Source: Octopus vulgaris (lineage: Eukaryota). From it: a DNA stretch of 64,000 nt. Both the position numbers and the translations under genes were made by a program. The notes under the pieces were generated by a model. It was not told where the DNA came from. It searched no databases and saw nothing but the letters and a program-made list of their open reading frames with translations. Position 1 is the first letter of the stretch, and every line of letters starts with the position of its first letter. Below are positions 54,157 through 64,000 of the stretch, in pieces. The stretch lies in the NCBI GenBank assembly GCA_951406725.2, contig OX597825.1, positions 35,774,001-35,838,000 of the forward strand. Reading direction: 5' to 3'.

Positions 54157-54774
54157 CTTAAAGTGTAAAGAAACAAAATATGACAATAATGAATGAAACA
54201 GTAGAGAACAAAATACTTCAATTAAATTTCAAGAGAGAATCTATTAAATCACAAAATAATAGTAATTTTATCAAATTTTTTCACAAGTCCAATAATTTCA
54301 AAGGGATAGGGATAGTCGATTACATCAAGCCCAGTACATGACTGGTATATTATCTAATCAACTCACAAAAAAAATGAAAGGCAAAGTTGATCTCAGTGGA
54401 ATTTGAATTCAGCATGAAAAGAGCTTTAAAAATGCTACTACGTTATTTTATCCAATGCACTCATATTTCTACAAGCTCAATGCCTTAATAATAATAATAA
54501 TAATAATGATAATAATAATAGTAATAATTTCTACTCTAGGCACAAGACCGTGAAAATTTTTTGGAGGAAGGGGGCCAGTGAAACTGGTACTTATTTCATT
54601 GACCTCAAAAAGGTTGAAAGGCAAAGTTGACCTGGGCAGAATCTGAACTCAGAACATGAAGACAGCTAAAATACTGCTAAGCATTTTGCTTGGCATGCTA
54701 ACAATTCTGCCAGCTTGCTGCCTTAATAATAATAATAATATATAATAAATAATAATGACAACAATAATAATAAA

Positions 54775-55884
54775 TAACTGGAGAAATTGTAGGGCAGAGC
54801 AGGCCAAAAAAACTGCTCTACTGGGGTCAGTTAGGATTTTGAGACTGGTGCTCAGCTGTTGAGTGTCTTCCATGATAAGTTAACATTCAAGTACCAAAGC
54901 TTATAATTTGCAGAAAGAGACCCTGTGAGATCTCTGACAAAAGGTTGCTGTCCACTCTCACAGAATCAACCAGAGCAAGTAAGATTGAGAGCTCTGAGAA
55001 GTAAAATAATAATAATAATATAATGGAAAGAGAAATGCAAAAGAAAGTCACTAAAGAGTACAAGAAGAGAATTAAGAAGGTGCTGAAAACAAAATTAAAT
55101 GGAGGGAACATCATTAAATCCATAAATGGACAAAGCCAGTATTGAGATATTTTGCCTCTTTCTGAAATGGACAAAGATCAAGTTGCAGGACTCAGGTAGA
55201 TGAATCAGGATGCTGCTAACAGAACACAACACACTCCATCCTAAAAGTAATACTGACTGATTTTATCTGCGAAGAAGGGAAGATGGTGAGGACTACAAAT
55301 CTTAGAAGACACTATTGGTTCAGTGATACTGGGTCTGAAAAATTATGTTGTGCAAAGTAAAGAAAGAATACTTCTTGGCAGCCAGAGATACCCAAAAAGT
55401 GACTGAAACAGTGGAATTCGAACAGAAATGGAAGAACCACAAATGAAAAGAAATGAAATTACATGCAACAAACCAGGAATGTTGGAAGTGAAACAAACTG
55501 GTACTTTGGTTGACAGACAGAAACTTCAAATGAGAAACAGAAATGTTAATTATAGCTGCTCAGGAACAAGCCCTTAGAACAATTTTGATAAAAGCAAAGA
55601 TTGACAAAACTCAGTCAGCAAATGTAGAATCTGCAGGAAAAAAGTCAAGAGTATCAATCACATTTTGAGTGAACGCAGTATACTAGCACAAAGGCAATAC
55701 AAGTGCAGACATGACTGTGTAGGTAAAAGAGAGCATAGGAATATTAGTCAAGTATGGTTCTTCAAATCAACAGAAAAGTGGTATGAACATGGGACAGAAG
55801 CTGTGATAGAAAATGAGAATGACAAGATCTTGTGGGACTTCACCATAAAGACTGACCATACTATTGAGGCAAGAAGACCAGACA
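54775..55884 (+). mobile_element. R4/Dong LINE fragments (3' end 54775-55000; internal-to-endonuclease piece 55024-55884)
   Basis: KTALLGSVRILR; LNGGNIIK; IIAAQEQALRT; ILWDFTIKTDHTIEARRPDI; separated by (AAT)n. Confidence 0.8.
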
Positions 55885-57178
55885 TTCTCTTATTCTCTTA
55901 CATGTTTCAGTCCAATGACTGTGGCCATGCTGGAGCACCGCCATTGTAATATTCTTTCCACTTTCCACCTTTGTCGGAGTGGCTTTTGGTGAGGGACGGA
56001 GTTCGATGCTACAGCCGACTTTTGAGTTTCTTGCTTAGATGTTGGCTCATCCAGGATCTCGGCAAGCCAGAGGTCAAGTTCACGTTTGAAAACGTCTACA
56101 TCCACTTCATGGAGTCTCCTCAGATGCTTCGGCAGACAGTTCAACAGCTGTGGGCCCTTGAAACCCAAGCTATTGCAGTACATCGCCCTTGCCCGAGATG
56201 AAGCAGTCAGCACACTGGGGACAGCACAGTGACATCCTGTTTGTAATCTGGTATAGCTCTTTATTCCAAAGTTTGGTACCAGTCCTTCTCGTATCTTCCA
56301 TATATATATCACAGCATACCTCTCCTGCCTTCATTCCAGGGAATAGAGTCGCAGCTCTGTCAACCTGTCCCAGTAGCTCAATTGTTCCATTGATGCAACT
56401 TTCTTTGTGTAATATCATTGGACTGCTTCAAGCTCTGCTATCATCCTTGTAGTATATGGTGACCATAGCTGAGAGCAGTAGTCCAGTCAGCTGAGGATAA
56501 AGGACTTCCATAGTGTCATCATAGTTTCTTGGTCCCTTGTCTGGAAGGTTCTCAGAATCCAACCGGCCAGTCTTCTGGATACTGCTACCATTTTGTTGAT
56601 ATGAGTGTGAAATGAGGCATTATTGCTCATTTCTATTCCAAGATCATGAACCGTAATTTGATTGTGGGATTGTTGCTCTACTTGGTCCAACGTACTGATA
56701 TCGTGATTCCTGAGCAGTGTTTAACTAGTAGCAGAGGGCCTGGAATTTACTTGCATTAAATTGCATGTTTTTATCCTCAGCCCATGTATAGATGGCATCT
56801 AGATCTTTCTGTAAGAGTGTAGCATCAGAGGTTTCTTTGAATGACTGTGCAAGTTTTGTGTCGTTGGCATAGCTGGTAAGCATGACTGCCTCTGTCACTG
56901 ATGGCATATCCGATAGGGCTACCATGAAAAGTAGTGGCCCCAGCACAGTGCCCTGGGGCACTCCACTCACTATTGCTGTCTTTGTAGAGAGAGCTCCATT
57001 GGCTGCTACAGTTTGGCTACTGTCCTTTAGGAAATCATGCAGCCACTCTCCGACTTTACCTGTGATGCCGAGTCCCCGTATTTAGTGGCGTATCATTCCA
57101 TGGTCAACCTTGTCAAATGCCTTTGCAAAGTCGACATATACCACATCCACTTTTGAACAGTTCATTAATTGCTTCAAT
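55885..57178 (-). mobile_element. CR1-group LINE, RT to 3' end
   Basis: DVVYVDFAKAFDKVDH; SGVPQGTVLGPLLF...YA(N)DTK...MQFN..KF; WILRTF; 3' tail GGCGGTGCTCCAGCATGGCC...GACTGAAAC. Confidence 0.9.
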
Positions 57179-57198
57179 ACATACATATATATATGCAT

Positions 57199-58261
57199 TG
57201 TTGCGCCGCACGCAGGTCCACACACAAACAGCCCACGGTTTGCTGGCCCAGAGAAGCTCGCGTGTGACAACGCTCAGCAAATCAGAAACCCACTCCCGAC
57301 GGTGAAGCAGCGAAACATAGTCAGTAGAGCCAACAACAACAAAATTAACACACACAAAATGTTGCGTATTCAAAGTAAACTTTTTTTTGAAAAAAAAAAC
57401 ATTCAACAACAATAGTTTTTTGGAAAGTTCTCTTTTTTTCTTTCCTTTGTTCCTTTAAAAGCACATTTAACATTTAACAACACAAAGTTCTTTTTCTTTT
57501 TCTTCTTTTCTTTTCAAACATTTAACGTCACAAAGTTTTCTTTTTTTTTCTCAAAAAACATTTAACACAGTCCTTTTGCTACTTTCTTTTCTTTTTTTCT
57601 TTTCGTTTCTTTTAAAAGCGCAGTCAACAACAACTCAGTTCTTTTTTTCTTTCTTTTCTTTTAAAAAAACATATTTAACAACACAAAGTTCTTTTTCTTC
57701 GTCTTCTTTTCTTTTCAAACATTTAACATCACAAAGTTTTTTTTTTTAAACATTTAACATCTCAAAGTTCGTTTTCCTTTAAAACATAAAAAAACATTTA
57801 CCAGCAACAGTTCTTTCATTTTACGTCTGCAACTTCGGCAAAAAGCTGGCTAAGCGCAGTATCCCACAACATCACTTGCCAGTTGTTAAGTCGTCCATCT
57901 CTAGCTCTGTGTATCTCTCTCTGCCCCTCTTTGTCTCTCTCAGACTGCGTCTCTCCCTGTCCGTCTCTCTCCCCGACTGCCCTCTCACAACTCAGCGCTA
58001 TCCATATATATGAGACCATCCAGCCAGAAAGAGAGGCATACCGTACGTAACAGTGCATGTTTCCCATCCAAAACTTTATCTTCTTTAAACTTTCTGTGAC
58101 TGTAGAGGGCCAGAGATCAAGTACCAACGGCCATAAACAACCGTGCTCCTTGACAAGACAATGGAAATACCAATGACCTGAACAACTAGAACATCATATC
58201 GAACCCAGATAATGGAAAAGGGACATAATGTTTTTGTTCGCTTTTTTTTGTGTTTGCATCA
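57199..58261. mobile_element. Probable solo LTR (~1.06 kb) with internal T-rich tandem repeats
   Basis: TGTTGC...GCATCA termini within TA-rich DNA; repeated AAACATTTAACA(T/A)CACAAAGTT units at 57400-57815. Confidence 0.5.
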
Positions 58262-58266
58262 ATATA

Positions 58267-58297
<31 letters not shown>

Positions 58298-58613
58298 GTA
58301 TGTATATATGTATATATATATTTATATATATATATATATCTGGCAACCGTGTCGGTGGCACGTAAAAGCACCATCCGTTCGTGGCCGTTCGCCAGCTCTG
58401 TCTGGCACCTGTGCAGGTGGCACGTAAAAAACACCCACTACACTCGCGGAGTGGTTGGCATTAGGAAGGGCATCCAGCCGTAGAAACACTGCCAGATCTG
58501 ACTGGGCCTGACGAAGCCTTCCAGCTTCACAGACCCCAGTTGACCCGTCCAACCCATGCTAGCATGGAAAGCGGATCTAAACGATGATGATGATGATGAT
58601 GATATATATATAT

Positions 58614-58645
<32 letters not shown>

Positions 58646-58746
58646 TTATTATATATATATATATATATATTTTATATGTATATATATATATATATTTATA
58701 TGTATATATATATATATATATATTTATATGTATATATATATATATA

Positions 58747-58790
<44 letters not shown>

Positions 58791-58864
58791 TATATATATA
58801 TTTATATATATATATATATTTATATGTATTTATATGTATATATATATATATATTTATATGTATT

Positions 58865-58895
<31 letters not shown>

Positions 58896-58966
58896 GTATG
58901 TATATATATATATATATATTTATATGTATATATATATATATTTATATGTATATATATATTTATATG

Positions 58967-59160
58967 TTATATAATATAATTCGAGACAAAACCACTATTT
59001 TAAAACCAAACAAGAAAAGACTTAATCAATACATAAAATTTTAATATAAATTAAATAAATATTTTATTTATTTAATTTATATTAAAATTTTATGTATTGA
59101 TTAAGTCTTTTCTTGTTTGATTTTAAAATAGTGGTTTAATCTCGAATTATATTATATAAT
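58967..59160. repeat. Near-perfect palindrome (~95-bp arms, 3-nt loop)
   Basis: TTATATAATATAATTCGAGA...TTAAATAAATA-ttt-TATTTATTTAA...TCTCGAATTATATTATATAA; I count 3 mismatches. Confidence 0.9.
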
Positions 59161-59333
59161 ATTTTACTATAAAATTGGATTTAACCCTAAATCTGATTTT
59201 TTCCCTGTAATTTTGGATTCATTCCTTAATATTTATTATTATATATTTATATGTATATATGTGTATATGTGTGTGTATATATACATATATAATATATATA
59301 TATATATACATATAAATATATATATATATATAC

Positions 59334-60239
<906 letters not shown>

Positions 60240-60374
60240 TATATATATATATATATATATATTTATATGTATATATATATATTTATATGTATATATATAT
60301 ATATATATATATTTATATGTATATATATATATATATTTATATGTATATATATATATTTATATGTATATATATAT

Positions 60375-60430
<56 letters not shown>

Positions 60431-60459
60431 TTTATATGTATTTATATGTATATATATAT

Positions 60460-60531
<72 letters not shown>

Positions 60532-60545
60532 GTATATATATATAT

Positions 60546-61511
60546 ATAATACAGAACCCTGAAGACACTAAGCACCTGCAATGTGAGCTGGACGAAATAT
60601 ACAAGTGGGCTGAAAAGAATAGCATGCAGTTCAATGCTGAAAAGTTTCAAGCTTTATACTATCAGCATGCAAAACTGAATGCAATACCCAATGAATACAC
60701 TGGACCCGGAGGGATTGCAATCCCAGAGGCACAATCAGTGCGTGACCTGGGTATTCACATGAGTGATGACGCGACCTTTCACGTACATGTTGCTAAACTG
60801 ACAATGAAATGTAGACGGCTGGCTGGATGGATTCTTAGAACCTTTAGAACAAGAGAACAAGAAACCATGATGGTCCTCTGGAAGACACTTGTCCTAAGCC
60901 ACTTTGACTATTGCTCTCAGCTATAGTCACCATCCAGTGTCAAGTTGATCACAGAACTTGAGGCAATCCAACGAAGCTACACGAAGAAGATAGCCTCTGT
61001 GCAGCATATGAGCTACTGGAAGAGACTCAAGAGATTAAAGCTCTATTCCCTGGAGCGTAGGCGAGAAAGATATGCCATAATATATATCTGGAAGATCCTG
61101 GAAGGTCTTGTCCCAGACTTTGGCATTGAGAGTCACACAAATGCCAGAACTGGACGCCACTGCGTAGTACCAAGGACTCCAAATTTGCCATCAAGATGTA
61201 GGACAAGATATTGTGATAGCCTGGGCTTCAGAGGCCCACGGCTCTTCAATATCCTCCCGAAGAACCTGAGGGACCTGCATGGTGTAGATGCGGATGTCTT
61301 TAAAGTAGGACTGGATTTCTTCCTGTCAGGTGTCCGGATGAACCAACTTCACGGCAGGAGGCGCAGATGAGGGCAGCTGCATCGAACTCTCTCATGCATC
61401 AGATAGCGTTTGCTAAAAAACATCCGTGAGGTAAAACCATGTAGCAAACCAAATGGCGGTGCCCCACCATGGCCACAGCTCATTAGCTGAAACTGGAAAA
61501 TCAAAATCAAA
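60546..61511 (+). mobile_element. CR1-group LINE 3' part
   Basis: [20 protein letters not shown]...RDLGI...WILRTF...DYCSQL* (TGG to TAG)...YSLERRRERY...; tail GGCGGTGCCCCACCATGGCCACAGCTC...GCTGAAAC. Confidence 0.9.
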
Positions 61512-61571
61512 TATATATTTATATGAATATATATATATATATATATATTATATGTATATATATATATATAT

Positions 61572-61962
<391 letters not shown>

Positions 61963-62009
61963 ATATATATATATATGTGTGTGTGTGTATGTGTGTGTAT
62001 ATGTATATA

Positions 62010-62040
<31 letters not shown>

Positions 62041-62051
62041 ATATGTGTATG

Positions 62052-62112
<61 letters not shown>

Positions 62113-62125
62113 GTATATATATATA

Positions 62126-62282
<157 letters not shown>

Positions 62283-62391
62283 GTATATATATATATTTTA
62301 TATATATATATAATTTTATGTATATATATATATGTGTATATTTATATGTATATATATATGTATATATATATATATATTTATATGTGTGTAT

Positions 62392-63985
62392 ATCATCATC
62401 ATCATCATCATCATCATCGTTTAACGTCCGTTCTCCATGCTAGCATGGGTTGGACGGTTCGACCGGGGATCTGGGAAGCCAGAAGGCTGCACCAGGCTCC
62501 AGTCTTATCTGGCAGTGTTTCTACAGCTGGATGCCCTTCCTAACGCCAACCACTCCGTGAGTGTAGTGGGTGCTTTTTACGTGCCACCTGCACAGGTGCC
62601 AGGCGAGGCTGGCAACGGCCACGGTCGGATTGGTGTATTTTATGTGCCACCGGCACGGAAGCCAGACGAGGCGGTGCTGGCATCGGCCACGAGTCGGATG
62701 GTGCTTTTTACGTACCACCAGACCAGGGATCCTGGCTGGTTCAATTCGATTTCGATTTCGCTTGCCCCAACATGTCTTCGCAAGCAAGGGGGTTGGCATG
62801 GGTGCCTGTTGTACAGTCAGATTGGTGTATTTTACGTGCCACCGGCACGGAAGCCAGTGGAGGCGGCGCTGGCATCGGCCACGAGTCGGATAGTGCTTTT
62901 TATGTACCACCAGACCAGGGAACCTGGCTGGTTCAATTCGATTCGATTTCGCTTGCCCCAACATGTCTTCACAAGCAAGGGGGTTGGCATGGGTGCCTGT
63001 CGTACGGTCAGATTGGTGTATTTTACGTGCCACCGGCACAGAAGCCAGTGGAGGCGGCGCTGGCATCGGCCACGAGTCGGATAGTGCTTTTTACGTACCA
63101 CCAGACCAGGGAACTTGGCTGGTTCAATTCGATTTTGACTTCCATTTCGATTTCGCTTGCCCCAACATGTCTTCGCAAGCAAAGGGAGGTTGGCATGGGT
63201 GCCTGTCGTCGGATGAGGTTCTATATCGACTTCGCTTGCCTCAACAGGTCTTTGTGTCCAAGGGAGGAAAGGCATTCATAAGTGGGCTGGGCTCACTTGT
63301 CCTGCCTGGTTTTCTCACGTACAGAATATTTCCAAAGGTCTCGGTCGCTGGTCATTTCCTCAGTGAGGCCTAAAGTTCGAAGGTCGTGCTTCACCACCTC
63401 GTCCCAGGTTTTCCTGGGTCTACCTCTTCCACGGGTTCCCTCAACTGCTAGGGATTGGCACTTTCTCACACACCTATCTTCATCCATTCTCGCCACATGA
63501 CCATACCAGCGCAATCGTCTCTCTTGCACACCACAACTGATGCCTCTTAGGTACAACATTTCTCTCAAGGTGCTAACGCTCTGTCGAGTATGTACATTGA
63601 CATTACACATCCATCGGAGCATACTGGCTTCATTCCTCACGAGCTTACGCATGTCCTCGGCAGTCACAGCCCATGTTTCACTGCCATGTAGCATGGCTGT
63701 TCGTACACACGCATCATACAGTCTGCCTTTTACTCTGAGCGAGAGGCCTTTAGTCACCAGCAGAGGTAAGAGCTCCCTAAACTTTGCCCAGGCTATTCTT
63801 ATTCTAGCAGTTACACTTTCAGCGCACCCACCCCCACTACTGACTTGGTCACCTAGATAACGGAAGCTATCAACTACTTCTAGTTTTTCCCCTTGGAAAG
63901 TAACTGAAGTTATTTTCTGCAGATTTTCGGAGGTTAATGCTCCTGAGCATCTGCCACATACAAAAACTATCTTCCCAGTTAGCCT
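62392..63985 (-). mobile_element. RTE-clade LINE 3' part with tandemly repeated 3' UTR
   Basis: ORF 63293-63757 KGRLYDACVRTAMLHGSETW...RRLRWYGHV.RM...RGRGRPRKTW; FRYLG upstream; (GAT)n tail; three ~191-bp UTR units at 62621-63210. Confidence 0.92.
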
Positions 63986-64000
63986 ATATATATATATATT

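Noticed and set aside
57400-57815. CRISPR-like repeat-spacer array
   Set aside because: The repeats are degenerate, the spacers are low-complexity T/C runs, the context is eukaryotic and there are no cas genes.

Overview
Repeat-saturated, AT-rich animal genomic DNA. The SINE/LINE repertoire, microsatellite load and a mollusc-type chitin-binding gene suggest an octopus or other coleoid cephalopod (inference from pattern recognition, not from a search). The only host genes I can support are two paralogous multi-domain chitin-binding type-2 (CBM14/peritrophin-A-like) genes arranged tail-to-tail. Gene 1 (+) has exons 17145-17360, 30882-31872 and 35516-35552. Gene 2 (-) has exons 54156-53187 and 51005-50969. 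I could not locate the 5' exons of either gene. The rest is mostly mobile DNA: a Penelope-like element, R4/Dong, RTE and CR1-group LINE fragments, a Gypsy remnant and solo LTRs, mariner/hAT MITEs, Helitrons, several SINE families and long (TA)n/(TACA)n/(AAT)n tracts. Almost all ORFs in the supplied track are microsatellite artefacts. The most notable observations: (1) type-I hammerhead ribozyme folds, one of them inside a ~230-bp inverted repeat with its own antisense copy, in the probable intron of gene 2; (2) a ~91%-identical patch between the two otherwise diverged paralogs, suggesting gene conversion; (3) near-identical inverted Helitrons bracketing a symmetric exon; (4) a 173-bp locally templated inverted insertion in the Penelope RT; (5) a SINE/CR1-LINE shared 3' tail; (6) a ~550-bp (TAA)n-associated non-coding element.
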